DNA of 59,381 bases, the filler included. It is 4 parts of 4 records of this genome, joined end to end, with 100 filler letters (N's around TTAATTAATTAA, not from the genome) between each part and the next. Parts side by side here need not be neighbours in the genome. Positions count along the whole stretch, not along the records: positions 1 to 14,986 come from SRR31156797_15980; 3 more parts are not named here. One strand, written 5' to 3'. Position numbers and translations under genes: made by a program. Positions 1-10,094 of the stretch are shown piece by piece. A model generated the notes under the pieces. It was not told the origin of the DNA, did not search any database, and saw only the letters and a program-made list of their open reading frames with translations. Positions within the stretch are counted from its first letter, which is position 1. The number at the start of each line of letters is the position of its first letter.

Positions 1-36
1 AACGCAGAATCAAACAACCGGGAATAAGGGCGAAAA

Positions 37-678
37 ATGAAAAAAGCCATCCACGACGTTACCTTGACATTTTCGGCAGAAATTCCGAATTGGCCGGGAA
101 TGCCGACGCCAACGGTGGGACGATTACGTTCGATGGATGACGGCGGCGTCAATAACGTTTCGCGGTTGGACAGTCATGTTCATTTCGGCACCCATGTCGA
201 TGCCCCTTTGCACTTTATCAAGGACGGCAAAGGCATGGATGAGATTCCGCTTGAGGTCTTGCTGGGGCCCTGTCGGGTCGTCTATTTCCCGGCAATGCCA
301 GAAATATCGGCAGCCGAACTTGAGGCCGCAAACATACCGGACGGAACCACACGCCTGATCATCCGAACCAGAAACTCCGATCTTTGGAACGATTTTTCCC
401 TTGGTTTCCAGAAGAATTTCGTTGCCCTGACGCCCGATGCCGCCAAGTGGATCGTTGAACGCGGGATCAACCTCGTGGGAATCGACTATCTTTCGATCGA
501 ACGCTACCAGGAACCGGGACGGGCAACACATATTGCGCTTTTGGGCGCCGAGTTGGTTCTCGTCGAGGGATTGGATCTGCGAGGGATTTCGCCCGGTGAA
601 TATGAACTGATCTGCATGCCATTGAAGATAAAGGATTGCGATGGGGCACCGGCCCGGGTGGCGTTACGGCAACTGTAA
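37..678 (+). CDS. Cyclase family metal-dependent hydrolase (kynurenine formamidase KynB-like)
   Basis: HFGTHVDAPLHF matches the cyclase HxGTHxDxPxH motif; GIDYLSIE and DGAPARV motifs; AAGGG upstream of the ATG. Confidence 0.9.
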   Translation: MKKAIHDVTLTFSAEIPNWPGMPTPTVGRLRSMDDGGVNNVSRLDSHVHFGTHVDAPLHFIKDGKGMDEIPLEVLLGPCRVVYFPAMPEISAAELEAANIPDGTTRLIIRTRNSDLWNDFSLGFQKNFVALTPDAAKWIVERGINLVGIDYLSIERYQEPGRATHIALLGAELVLVEGLDLRGISPGEYELICMPLKIKDCDGAPARVALRQL

Positions 679-710
679 CCCATCGTCGATAAAGCCCGTC
701 TGCATATGCA

Positions 711-2054
711 ATGAACAAATACCCTCGGAACAAAGAGCGTGGAAAAGGCTCGCCTGGTGGCGGGCGTGATGGCCAATCCAATCCCCGGGCGGTTGCCCTC
801 GACTTTCTTATCTCGGTTCTGCGACAGCGCCTGACGCTTGACGACGCCATGGAACGGCATGGCGGATATGCCCGGCTTTCGTTCAGGGACCGCGCCTTTG
901 CGCATAATCTGGTTGCAACGACCTTTCGCCGACTTGGGCAGATCGACGACATCCTGGCAAAGTGCCTGAGCCGTCCGCTGGGCCGTGAAGCGACGATCGT
1001 TTATGACATTCTTCGCCTCGGCGCCTGCCAGTTGCTGTTTCTCGATACCGCCCCGCATGCAGCCGTGAATACGGCGGTTGCTTTGGTGAAATCGCGTCGG
1101 CGCGGGGGGCATTCAGGGCTCGTAAACGCCGTATTGCGCCGGATTGTAAGGGAGGGCGCGGTCTGGCATGACGGCCAGGATGCGGCACGATTGAATACGC
1201 CCGATTGGCTTTGGGATGCTTGGTCAACCGCCTATGGGGCCACTGCCAGCCGACGCATTGCTGAATCCCACCTCAGGGAACCGCCGCTCGATCTCTCGGT
1301 GAAGTCGGATCCCGAGGAATGGACCGAAAAACTGGGCGGCATGTTGTTGCCGAACAATTCCATCCGTCTTGGAAAGAGCGGGCGAATTCAGGACCTTCCG
1401 GGGTTCGATGCGGGCGCGTGGTGGGTCCAGGACGCCGCCGCCGCCATGCCTGTAAGGTTGTTTCGAGACATTAACGGTGCGACGGTTATCGATATTTGCG
1501 CCGCGCCTGGAGGCAAAACCGCACAACTGGCGGTCGCGGGTGCGAACGTCATCTCGGTTGATCATTCGGAAGAACGCCTAACCAGATTGCGATCAAATCT
1601 GGTCCGTCTCGGCTTGGCCGCCAATACCATTGCGGCAGACGCCAAGGTCTGGCGCCCGGACATAAAAGCAGACGCCGTATTGGTCGATGCGCCGTGTTCG
1701 GCAACCGGAACGTTGCGGCGGCACCCCGATGCCACCCATCTGAAGCAATCGAAGGACCTGAAGTCGTTAACAAAACTCCAGGATCGCTTGCTCGAGGCTG
1801 CCATCGACATGGTTCGGCCTGGCGGAACGATTGTCTATTGCACATGCTCGCTACAGCCAACGGAAGGTTCCGAGCGCATCGAGGAACTGATCGGGAAAGG
1901 GGCCCCGATCGAGCGAGTTGCAATCGGCGCGGCTGAAGTCGGCAACTTGGAAGAGGCTGTTACGGCAACGGGAGATCTGCGAACACTGCCGTTTCATTGG
2001 GGCGATCACGGCGGCATGGACGGGTTCTATGCCGCGCGGTTGCGTCGCAAGTAA
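711..2054 (+). CDS. rsmB: RsmB/Fmu (Sun) 16S rRNA m5C methyltransferase with N-terminal NusB-like domain
   Basis: WWVQDAAA, DICAAPGGKT, LVDAPCSATGT, VYCTCSL, MDGFYAARL motifs. Confidence 0.92.
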   Translation: MNKYPRNKERGKGSPGGGRDGQSNPRAVALDFLISVLRQRLTLDDAMERHGGYARLSFRDRAFAHNLVATTFRRLGQIDDILAKCLSRPLGREATIVYDILRLGACQLLFLDTAPHAAVNTAVALVKSRRRGGHSGLVNAVLRRIVREGAVWHDGQDAARLNTPDWLWDAWSTAYGATASRRIAESHLREPPLDLSVKSDPEEWTEKLGGMLLPNNSIRLGKSGRIQDLPGFDAGAWWVQDAAAAMPVRLFRDINGATVIDICAAPGGKTAQLAVAGANVISVDHSEERLTRLRSNLVRLGLAANTIAADAKVWRPDIKADAVLVDAPCSATGTLRRHPDATHLKQSKDLKSLTKLQDRLLEAAIDMVRPGGTIVYCTCSLQPTEGSERIEELIGKGAPIERVAIGAAEVGNLEEAVTATGDLRTLPFHWGDHGGMDGFYAARLRRK

Positions 2055-2124
2055 AACCGTCCTTACGGTCTTTACTCTGGTCCTAGAAACAGCGTAAACA
2101 CAACGCGTCTCAAGGGAAGGTCAC

Positions 2125-2559
2125 ATGGCAAATAAAGGCAATTTTCACGAGGATCTCGACCGGACCAAGGGTGTCGAAACCGGCTCCAATCGCTCTTTCG
2201 GCATCGTTTTTGCGGTCGTCTTCGCTGTAATCGCCTGCTTTCCGCTCATTGACGGTGGCGATATTCGTGTTTGGGCCTTGGTAATCGCGGCGGCCTTTCT
2301 TGGTGTGGCTTTTATTACCCCGGGATTGTTGGGACCGCTCAATCTATTATGGGCGCGGTTCGGCGCGCTGCTTCATCGGATCGTCACTCCGGTCATTCTC
2401 GGCTTTATTTTTTTCGTTGTCGTAACGCCGATGGCTATAATTTTTAAAATATTGGGCAAGGATCCAATGCGACTTCAATTCGACCGAGAAAGCACCAGCT
2501 ATTGGATCGTGCGAGACCCCGCGGGTCCCGAACCGCAATCGATGAAAAACCAATTTTGA
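2125..2559 (+). CDS. SxtJ family membrane protein
   Basis: SNRSFG then hydrophobic helices, GKDPMRL..SYW and C-terminal MKNQF, typical of SxtJ; AGGGAAGG RBS. Confidence 0.85.
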   Translation: MANKGNFHEDLDRTKGVETGSNRSFGIVFAVVFAVIACFPLIDGGDIRVWALVIAAAFLGVAFITPGLLGPLNLLWARFGALLHRIVTPVILGFIFFVVVTPMAIIFKILGKDPMRLQFDRESTSYWIVRDPAGPEPQSMKNQF

Positions 2560-2568
2560 GGGCACCCC

Positions 2569-2718
2569 ATGGGATTTATTGCCGAGCTTTGGACCTTTAT
2601 GCGGGTTCGCAAAAAATTCTGGCTATTGCCGATATTGATCGTGATGGCGGTTTTTGGCGGGCTTATCGTCCTTTCACAAGGTTCGGCCGTGGCGCCGTTC
2701 ATATATACGATTTTCTAA
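2569..2718 (+). CDS. SxtK/DUF5989 family small membrane protein (49 aa; absent from ORF track)
   Basis: Manual translation MGFIAELWTFMRVRKKFWLLPILIVMAVFGGLIVLSQGSAVAPFIYTIF; RKKFWLLP and APFIYTIF signatures; GAGG RBS. Confidence 0.92.
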   Translation: MGFIAELWTFMRVRKKFWLLPILIVMAVFGGLIVLSQGSAVAPFIYTIF

Positions 2719-2730
2719 AGGGCCGACCGA

Positions 2731-4569
2731 ATGCGCATTCTTGGGGTATCGGCCTTTTATCACGATAGCGCCGCCGCTCTCGTCGAAGACGGGACAATTG
2801 TCGCGGCCGCCCAGGAAGAACGCTTTACCCGGAAGAAACACGATCCCGGTTTTCCGCAACACGCCGTGGGGTATTGTCTTTCGCAGGCCGGTGTATCGCT
2901 GGACGATATCGATTTTGTCGCCTTTTACGATAAGCCGTTCCTCAAATTCGAACGCCTTCTCGAGACTTATCTGACATTCGCGCCAAAAGGGTTTGCCTCT
3001 TTTCGAATGGCCATGCCGGTATGGCTGCGGGAAAAGCTTTTCCAGAAGGACCTGCTGCGAAAAGAGTTGGCAAAGTTGGGGCCCGATTTCGATTGGCAGA
3101 AGAAACTTCTGTTCGCCGAACATCATCAAAGCCATGCGGCAAGCGCGTTTTACCCGTCGCCCTTCGAAGACGCGGCCATTCTGACCATGGACGGCGTTGG
3201 TGAATGGGCCACCGCATCGGTCGCCGTTGGAACCGGCAATCAACTCGATGTGTTGAAGGAAATACATTTTCCCCATTCTCTGGGTCTGCTTTATTCAGCC
3301 TTCACCTACTACACCGGTTTCCGCGTCAATTCGGGCGAGTATAAAGTCATGGGGCTGGCACCGTACGGCGAGCCGGTATATCGCAACCTGATCCTGGATA
3401 ACCTGATCGATGTGAAAGAGGACGGTTCGTTCCGTCTGGACCTGTCCTATTTCGATTATTGCACCGGCCTGACCATGACCAACGGCAAGTTCGATGCCCT
3501 TTTTGAGAGCCCGGTACGAAAGCCCGAGGAACTCCTGACCCAGCGTCACATGGATCTGGCGGCTTCGGTTCAAGCGGTGACCGAACACGTCATGCTTCGA
3601 ACCACACGCCATCTGGCCCAGGAAACCGGTCAAAAAAACCTCTGCCTGGCCGGCGGGGTCGCCCTCAATTGCGTCGCAAATGGGAAGGTCCTTCGGGACG
3701 GAGCATTTGAAAGGATTTGGGTTCAACCCGCCGCCGGCGACGCCGGCGGCGCGCTCGGGGCAGCCCTTTGCGCCTATCACCGTTTCCAGGGTCAACCCCG
3801 TTCGACAAGCGGGAACGGGACCGATGCCATGCGCGGAGCCTATCTCGGCCCCGAATTCGAGCAGTTTGAGATCGAAGAAAGGCTGAGTGCAGCGGGCGCC
3901 CGATTCAGTGTTTTGCAGGATGAAGACGTCATCCCGAAAACGGCGGGTGCCCTTGCCGACGAAAAAGCGATCGGTTGGTTTCAGGGTCGCATGGAGTTTG
4001 GCCCCCGCGCCCTTGGTGGTCGATCGATACTCGGCGATGCCCGCTCGCCAGGCATGCAGAAAACCCTGAATCTGAAAGTTAAGTACCGGGAATCTTTCCG
4101 TCCGTTTGCACCTTCGGTCCTGCGCGAAGATGTCAACAACTGGTTCGATTTGAACGATGACAGCCCGTACATGTTGATCGTTGCGGATGTCGTCGAGGAC
4201 CGACGGCGGTCCATGACCGACGACGAGAAGGCCCTATTCGGTATCGATAAGTTGAATATCGTCCGTTCCGAAATACCGGCCGTCACCCATGTCGATTATT
4301 CGGCCCGCGTTCAAACCGTTCACGCCGAAACCAACCCGCGTTATCATGCCCTGATATCCGAATTCAAACAGCTGACCGGATGCCCTGTCATCGTCAATAC
4401 CAGCTTCAATGTACGGGGCGAACCGATTGTGTGTACACCCGAAGATGCCTTCCGCTGTTTCATGGGAACCGAGATCGAAGTGCTTGTTGTTGGCAACTGC
4501 TGGCTGGAGAAACGGGATCAGGACCCGGCCCTCATACAGGACTACAAGAACGCCTTCGAACTCGACTGA
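2731..4569 (+). CDS. O-carbamoyltransferase, CmcH/NodU/TobZ family (SxtI-like subgroup)
   Basis: HDSAAAL, EHHQSHAASAF, DGVGE, EYKVMGLAPYG, GGVALNCVANG, EFGPRALG, KYRESFRPFAP, VNTSFN. Confidence 0.95.
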   Translation: MRILGVSAFYHDSAAALVEDGTIVAAAQEERFTRKKHDPGFPQHAVGYCLSQAGVSLDDIDFVAFYDKPFLKFERLLETYLTFAPKGFASFRMAMPVWLREKLFQKDLLRKELAKLGPDFDWQKKLLFAEHHQSHAASAFYPSPFEDAAILTMDGVGEWATASVAVGTGNQLDVLKEIHFPHSLGLLYSAFTYYTGFRVNSGEYKVMGLAPYGEPVYRNLILDNLIDVKEDGSFRLDLSYFDYCTGLTMTNGKFDALFESPVRKPEELLTQRHMDLAASVQAVTEHVMLRTTRHLAQETGQKNLCLAGGVALNCVANGKVLRDGAFERIWVQPAAGDAGGALGAALCAYHRFQGQPRSTSGNGTDAMRGAYLGPEFEQFEIEERLSAAGARFSVLQDEDVIPKTAGALADEKAIGWFQGRMEFGPRALGGRSILGDARSPGMQKTLNLKVKYRESFRPFAPSVLREDVNNWFDLNDDSPYMLIVADVVEDRRRSMTDDEKALFGIDKLNIVRSEIPAVTHVDYSARVQTVHAETNPRYHALISEFKQLTGCPVIVNTSFNVRGEPIVCTPEDAFRCFMGTEIEVLVVGNCWLEKRDQDPALIQDYKNAFELD

Positions 4570-4698
4570 TCCGCAGACATTGTCACCGAACCTTGTCGCC
4601 GCCGGTCATTTCGGGCACGATTCCAGGTACTTGAATAGGCAAACCCATGGGGCCCGTTTCTTGCCCTCATATGGTTATGGAGCAATATCGTTCTTCGG

Positions 4699-6342
4699 AT
4701 GAACAACGGGATAACCGATTGTAATCTTTTGAGAAGTCCGCCAATTCCAAGCCGACTGGGATGGCAGAAGCATGTCTTTTCCAATCGCCTATACCCATTG
4801 ACGTTGCGATGGCCCGCGGCTAAATCACCTCGTGCCTCGGCACCCGATTTGTGGACCGGAAACCCGGCATTGGGCATGGGCATCATTAAAGGTGAGTTTC
4901 TGTTTGGATCCCAACGGTTTATCTTAAAAACCTTCGACGCGGCTCCTGCCGAGGTCTCGCCTTGCTGGTCGGCATTCTTGCATGGATTTTCGTGGCTCAG
5001 GGACTTGCGTGCATTCGGTTCGGACCGAGCCCCGGCCTGCGCCCGCAACTTGATAGAAAGTTGGCTGAATCACCATTCAAACTGGGACGCACAAACATGG
5101 TACCCCGACGTCCTGGCCACACGGCTGACCGCCTGGCTGACCCACTTTGAATTTGTCGCCGGCGATTCACCCCCCCCCTTTCGCGATCGGTTCGTTGCCG
5201 CGCTTTCGGCCCAAGCCCACCATCTGCGTCGCATCAAACCGTCGCAACCGTTGGACGGCGTCGCATTCAATCTTTTCAAAGCCAGGATATTCGGCGACTT
5301 GTTTTTGTTCCGAGATGCGGCGCGCCTCCGGCGCGACATCGACGAACTGGAGCAAGAGTTTGCCAGGCAATTGTGGCCAGACGGCGGACAAGCGGAACGA
5401 AATCCGCTTGTTTTAGCCGTAGTTCTCCAGGATCTGCTCGAAATCCGCAACGCTCTCTCGGTGGCGCGGCAAGATATCTCCGAATCGCTGCAAACCTCTA
5501 TCGATCGAATTGTGCCGATGCTGCGGGCCCTTCGCCACGGCGACGGGTCCCTGGCCCTATTCAATGGTGGCTTGGCATGCAACCGTGAGGCCATCGATTC
5601 ACTGTTCGCAATAGCCAAGAAACGCGGCCGTCCGCTTTCCAGCGCACCTCATTCCGGATTCCATCGCCTTTCGGCCGGAAGAACGGTGTTGATCGTCGAT
5701 GCGGGACCTCCGCCGGTATCCGGTGCCGATGCGAAAGCCCACGCCGGAACCCTTGGTTTCGAAATGAGCGTCGGCAGGCACAGATTGATCGTCAATTGCG
5801 GCGTTCATGCAGACGGCGGCAGGGAATGGGCGCCGGCCATGCGAGCCACCGCGGCCCATTCGACATTGGTTGTCGGCGACGTAAATTCGTCAGAGGTAAT
5901 CGCGGCAGGCGGGCTGGGCTATCGTCCGACTACCGTTGAAGCGGGGCGACGCGAGTTTGATGGAAACCTGCTCCTCGAAACCAGCCACGACGGATATTCC
6001 AAGCCGTTCGGCATTATCCATCATCGATCGTTTTTTCTGGCGGCCGACGGCACCGACGTTCGGGGCGAAGATCGCCTGAGCGGACCGGGTGCCGTTCCCA
6101 TCGCCGTACGATTTCATCTCCACCCGCATGTCCAGGTATCACCCATTGCCGAAGAAAACGGTGCAATTCTGAGATTGCCTGACGGCTCGGGCTGGAGGTT
6201 CCGTTGCAAAGGCGGAAAAACCGTGGTTACGGAGAGCGTCTACCTCGGGGACGGGATGCCGCGACGAACCGAACAAATCGTCGTCGAAAGCCAACACAAG
6301 AACGCCGAATCAACCATCAAGTGGCGTTTCCATCGAATCTAG
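4699..6342 (+). CDS. Heparinase II/III-like protein (alphaproteobacterial type); start uncertain
   Basis: LHGFSWLRDL, RHGDGSLALFNG, AHAGTLGFEMS, RATAAHSTL, RFHLHP motifs. Confidence 0.85.
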   Translation: MNNGITDCNLLRSPPIPSRLGWQKHVFSNRLYPLTLRWPAAKSPRASAPDLWTGNPALGMGIIKGEFLFGSQRFILKTFDAAPAEVSPCWSAFLHGFSWLRDLRAFGSDRAPACARNLIESWLNHHSNWDAQTWYPDVLATRLTAWLTHFEFVAGDSPPPFRDRFVAALSAQAHHLRRIKPSQPLDGVAFNLFKARIFGDLFLFRDAARLRRDIDELEQEFARQLWPDGGQAERNPLVLAVVLQDLLEIRNALSVARQDISESLQTSIDRIVPMLRALRHGDGSLALFNGGLACNREAIDSLFAIAKKRGRPLSSAPHSGFHRLSAGRTVLIVDAGPPPVSGADAKAHAGTLGFEMSVGRHRLIVNCGVHADGGREWAPAMRATAAHSTLVVGDVNSSEVIAAGGLGYRPTTVEAGRREFDGNLLLETSHDGYSKPFGIIHHRSFFLAADGTDVRGEDRLSGPGAVPIAVRFHLHPHVQVSPIAEENGAILRLPDGSGWRFRCKGGKTVVTESVYLGDGMPRRTEQIVVESQHKNAESTIKWRFHRI

Positions 6343-6375
6343 ATCCAAACCGAAGTCATGCGAATTGAGAGTGAG

Positions 6376-7671
6376 CTAGAGTTGCCAGCGATGATACCCG
6401 GTCGGCATCTGCATATTCCGCCAAATCCCCTTGACGTCGGCAATCAATCCGCCGGGGACAAGAAAGCGCCCCAATTCTTTCGCAGTCAAATCCCTGTATT
6501 GCTGATGCGCGACGGCGCCCACCAGCACCGAGAATTTCCGATCAAGGCTTTCAAGACTATCGATCAGATCAATTCCGTAGAGGGATTGGGCTTCTTCCGG
6601 ATCGGCCAGGGGGTCATGTATCCGAACGGAATAACCACGTTCCCGAAGCCCCGTCACAATATCGACAACCCTTGAATTGCGAAGATCGGGAACGTCCTCT
6701 TTGAATGTCAAGCCGAGGATGAGGACATCTCCACCGACGCCATTCGGATTGGTTGTTCGTACGGTATCATCGATGCATTTGGCAACGAACTCACCCATGC
6801 CGTCGTTAAGGCGCCTTCCAGCAAGAATGATCTCGGGATCGTGGCCCAGATCCTGCGCCCATCGTGCGAGATAGAAGGGATCGACGCCAATGCAATGGCC
6901 GCCGACGAGCCCAGGATGAAATTTGAGAAAGTTCCACTTCGTCGAGGCCGCTTCCAGTACGTCGAACACGGAAAGACCGGCCCGCTGAAAGATCTGGGTC
7001 ACCTCATTGACAAAGGCGATGTTGATATCCCGTTGCGCGTTCTCAATAACCTTGGCGGCCTCGGCGGTACGAATGTCGCGTGCCCGAAACACACCGCCCG
7101 TTGTCGCGGCACCATAAATCCTTGCCAGGGTCTCGGTTACATCCGGCGTTTGGCCGGCGACTACCTTCGTAATACGCTCAACCGTATGTTCACGATCACC
7201 GGGATTGACCCGTTCGGGCGAATAGCCGAGGAAGAAGTCGTTCCCGCAAACCAAGCCAGAGGCCTTTTCCAGGATTGGCCCACAAACATCTTCCGTAACC
7301 CCGGGATAGACCGTGCTTTCAAGAACGACGATCGCGCCTTTCGATAAGACTTTGCCGACTGTTTCGCAGGCTATGCTGACCGCACCCAGATCCGGTCGGG
7401 AATCCGAATCAACGGGCGTCGGCACGGTGACAATATATACATTCGCACCTGCGATGTCCGCGACAGAACCCGTAAGTTCCAGAGAGCTTGCCTTCAATAC
7501 TTCGGATGGTATTTCTCCGGTCCGATCATGACCGGCTTTCAGCTCAGACACCCGGTCCGCATTAATATCAAAACCGACAACAGAAAAATGTTTGGCTAAG
7601 GCAACGGCCAGGGGTATTCCGACGTACCCAAGGCCAATGACGGCTACCTTTACAGGGCTCATTTGTCTCAT
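6376..7671 (-). CDS. Nucleotide-sugar dehydrogenase (UDP-HexNAc C6 dehydrogenase, TviB/WbpO-like)
   Basis: GLGYVG Rossmann motif, ESTVYPG, YSPERVNPGD, catalytic GGHCIGVDP, GLTFKEDVPDLRNS. Confidence 0.92.
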   Translation of the reverse strand: MRQMSPVKVAVIGLGYVGIPLAVALAKHFSVVGFDINADRVSELKAGHDRTGEIPSEVLKASSLELTGSVADIAGANVYIVTVPTPVDSDSRPDLGAVSIACETVGKVLSKGAIVVLESTVYPGVTEDVCGPILEKASGLVCGNDFFLGYSPERVNPGDREHTVERITKVVAGQTPDVTETLARIYGAATTGGVFRARDIRTAEAAKVIENAQRDINIAFVNEVTQIFQRAGLSVFDVLEAASTKWNFLKFHPGLVGGHCIGVDPFYLARWAQDLGHDPEIILAGRRLNDGMGEFVAKCIDDTVRTTNPNGVGGDVLILGLTFKEDVPDLRNSRVVDIVTGLRERGYSVRIHDPLADPEEAQSLYGIDLIDSLESLDRKFSVLVGAVAHQQYRDLTAKELGRFLVPGGLIADVKGIWRNMQMPTGYHRWQL

Positions 7672-8178
7672 TCTTTCCTTCTGGCGAAGGAAGCTCTAGC
7701 GACGGTGTCATCTCATGTCAACTGGGACGGCATTGTCCATTATAGGCCTGCCGGTCGAGAACATCTGGACACAAATATTGGGAAATCCCTCTCTGATCGG
7801 TCCTCACCACTCCGACGCAATGTGCGCTGTTGATTCGGAAAAGAAAATCGCATCAGGGTTCTGGCGTGGCGCCCCCAAAAACAACAAAAAGCCGAGTTGA
7901 CGGAATAAATTCACCAATTGAATAATTATTTACCGCTAATGGGTGATATTGGAGTTGAACCTATTCCAATTGGTCCAAAAACGGAATATGACAGAGCCCC
8001 TTTTCCAAGCTCGAATAAAATTTGGCGGAATTAGTAAGAAGTGTTCCATATTCCGGCATTCGGCTAGCGCCGCCGTATATTCGGAATTTAGAAAGCAGGG
8101 GTCGGACAATTTATTGCTGTTCTCGTCAAGAAATTTCTGAGGTTTCCAAATGTTTGTTGTAGTAGGTCGATTTTTCGC

Positions 8179-9288
8179 ATGATCCCTCTCATCGATCTAA
8201 ACGCGCAGTTGGAATCCATAAGGACGGAACTCGACTTAGCGATGGCTAAGGTGTTCGAAACTTCGTCCTATATCCGTGGTCCTGCGCTGGCCGAATTTGA
8301 AGAAAAGTTCGGGCAATTGATAGGTGCCCAATACGCTTTTGGCGTCGGTTCGGGCACAGACGCCTTGTATTTGGCCGTGCGTGCTCTTGGAATAGGGCCG
8401 GGAGATGAAGTCATTACCGTCGCAAATACTTGGATATCAACGGCATTTGCCGCCTCTCATGTAGGAGCCAAGGTCGTATTAGTAGATGTCGATCCCGACA
8501 CCTATCAAATGGATATGGATTGTCTGGAGAAAGCTATTACCCCGAACACCAAAGCCGTGATCCCGGTTCACCTGTTTGGGCACCCCGCGCCAATGACGGA
8601 GATCATGTCGGTTTGTCGCCCGCTCGGGATCAAAGTGATAGAAGACGTTGCTCAGGCCCCGATGGCCGTGGTCGACGAACAACAGGTCGGGACGATCGGC
8701 GATATTGGTTGTTACAGTTTTTACCCAAGTAAAAATCTGGGTTGCTTCGGCGATGGCGGAGCTGTCGTCACCAATGACCCAGCGTTGGCGGAAAGCTTGA
8801 AGAGCCTCTCCGATTACGGACAGACTGACCATTTCAAGCACGATATCTTCGGTTTCAATTCGCGCCTGGACACCCTTCAGGCTGCGGTTCTAAACGCAAA
8901 AATGCCGCATTTGCGGGAATGGAACGACGCCCGTCGCAAGGTTGCCAAATGGTATGAAGAGGACCTGCGGCAAGTGGCAGTCAAATGCCCGACAGAAGCA
9001 GCAAATGCAAAAAGCGTATATCATCTCTATGTGATCCAGATTGACAACCGGGATGCATGCCTAGCCTTCTTGCGCGGCAACGGAATAATGGCCCAAATTC
9101 ACTATCCAACGCCGATTCACCTGCAGCCCTGTTATGCTGGTTTGGGATATAAGTTGGGTGATTTTCCGGTTGTCGAAGCCGCCGCGGAACGTATTTTGTC
9201 GCTGCCGATTTACCCTGAACTAAGCCGAGATCAGGTAAAGACAATCGGAAGAACGCTTTCCGCGTTCATTCATCAAGAAGCCGCCTGA
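8179..9288 (+). CDS. DegT/DnrJ/EryC1/StrS PLP-dependent sugar aminotransferase
   Basis: SGTDAL, PVHLFG, IEDVAQA, SFYPSKNLGCFGDGG (PLP lysine), NSRLDTLQAA. Confidence 0.95.
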   Translation: MIPLIDLNAQLESIRTELDLAMAKVFETSSYIRGPALAEFEEKFGQLIGAQYAFGVGSGTDALYLAVRALGIGPGDEVITVANTWISTAFAASHVGAKVVLVDVDPDTYQMDMDCLEKAITPNTKAVIPVHLFGHPAPMTEIMSVCRPLGIKVIEDVAQAPMAVVDEQQVGTIGDIGCYSFYPSKNLGCFGDGGAVVTNDPALAESLKSLSDYGQTDHFKHDIFGFNSRLDTLQAAVLNAKMPHLREWNDARRKVAKWYEEDLRQVAVKCPTEAANAKSVYHLYVIQIDNRDACLAFLRGNGIMAQIHYPTPIHLQPCYAGLGYKLGDFPVVEAAAERILSLPIYPELSRDQVKTIGRTLSAFIHQEAA

Positions 9289-9310
9289 CTATCCGGCATC
9301 CGAACGCTTT

Positions 9311-10036
9311 ATGTATAAAAACAAAAAAGTCCTTCTCATCGCGCCCGCTTACAATGAAGCGGGCAAAATCGAAGAAGTCGCCAAGAAAGTGCCGTACGAT
9401 ATTGTGGACACTTTTCTGGTGGTGTCTGACGGCTCAACCGACGACACTGCGGAAGTTTCCGAAAATGCCGGAGCAACTGTCCTGCGCCACGAGAAACGAA
9501 CGGGTGTTGGAACGGCTATCCGGGATGGTTATCGGTTTGCGCAAAGCGAAGGCTACGATATTGCCGTCGTCATCGCCGGCAACAACAAGGACGATCCGCG
9601 CGAAATTACCCGGCTTCTGGACCCGATATGTGATGAAGGCTGCGACTTCGTCATGGGGTCACGGTATCTCGAAGGCGGCCAATTCGGCGGCGATATGCCT
9701 TTGTATCGGGTCTTCGCCACAAAATACGTCCACCCCTTTGTCGTCAATCTGTTCTGCAACCGCAAAGTGACCGAGAGCTCGAACGGATACCGCGCGCTAA
9801 AGATTTCTATTCTTGACGATCCGCGCATCGATCTCGATCAGGATTGGCTCAAGGACTATCAACTGGAAATGTACATCCTGATGCGGATATTGATCCTCGA
9901 TTTTAAGTGTGCCGAGGTTCCCGTATCAAAAATCTATCCGCCTCGTGAAATCGGCAATACGAAGATGATGCCAGTTGTTGGCTGGTGGAAAATGCTGTAT
10001 CCAATCGTCTTGGTCGGGTTGGGAATTCGAAAATAG
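9311..10036 (+). CDS. Glycosyltransferase family 2 (polyprenol-phosphate glycosyltransferase-like)
   Basis: PAYNE, DGSTD, VMGSRY; the DxD position is atypical (IAGNNKD). Confidence 0.85.
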   Translation: MYKNKKVLLIAPAYNEAGKIEEVAKKVPYDIVDTFLVVSDGSTDDTAEVSENAGATVLRHEKRTGVGTAIRDGYRFAQSEGYDIAVVIAGNNKDDPREITRLLDPICDEGCDFVMGSRYLEGGQFGGDMPLYRVFATKYVHPFVVNLFCNRKVTESSNGYRALKISILDDPRIDLDQDWLKDYQLEMYILMRILILDFKCAEVPVSKIYPPREIGNTKMMPVVGWWKMLYPIVLVGLGIRK

Positions 10037-10094
10037 ACTACGACTAGGGGCCGCGAACCTAACCAAGCCTCACGAGTCTTGGATCAAATAATTC

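Noticed and set aside
2125-4569. Saxitoxin biosynthesis cluster
   Set aside because: Only sxtI/J/K-like genes are present. There is no sxtA, sxtG or sxtB, and the context is glycan genes.
4699-6342. True heparin-degrading lyase
   Set aside because: Belongs to the alphaproteobacterial heparinase II/III-like family usually found near rsmB; no clear signal peptide and no utilisation genes nearby.
7672-8178. Small ORFs (7715-7900, 7943-8140) or an ncRNA in the long divergent intergenic region
   Set aside because: No motif, RBS or convincing structure; most simply a divergent promoter region.
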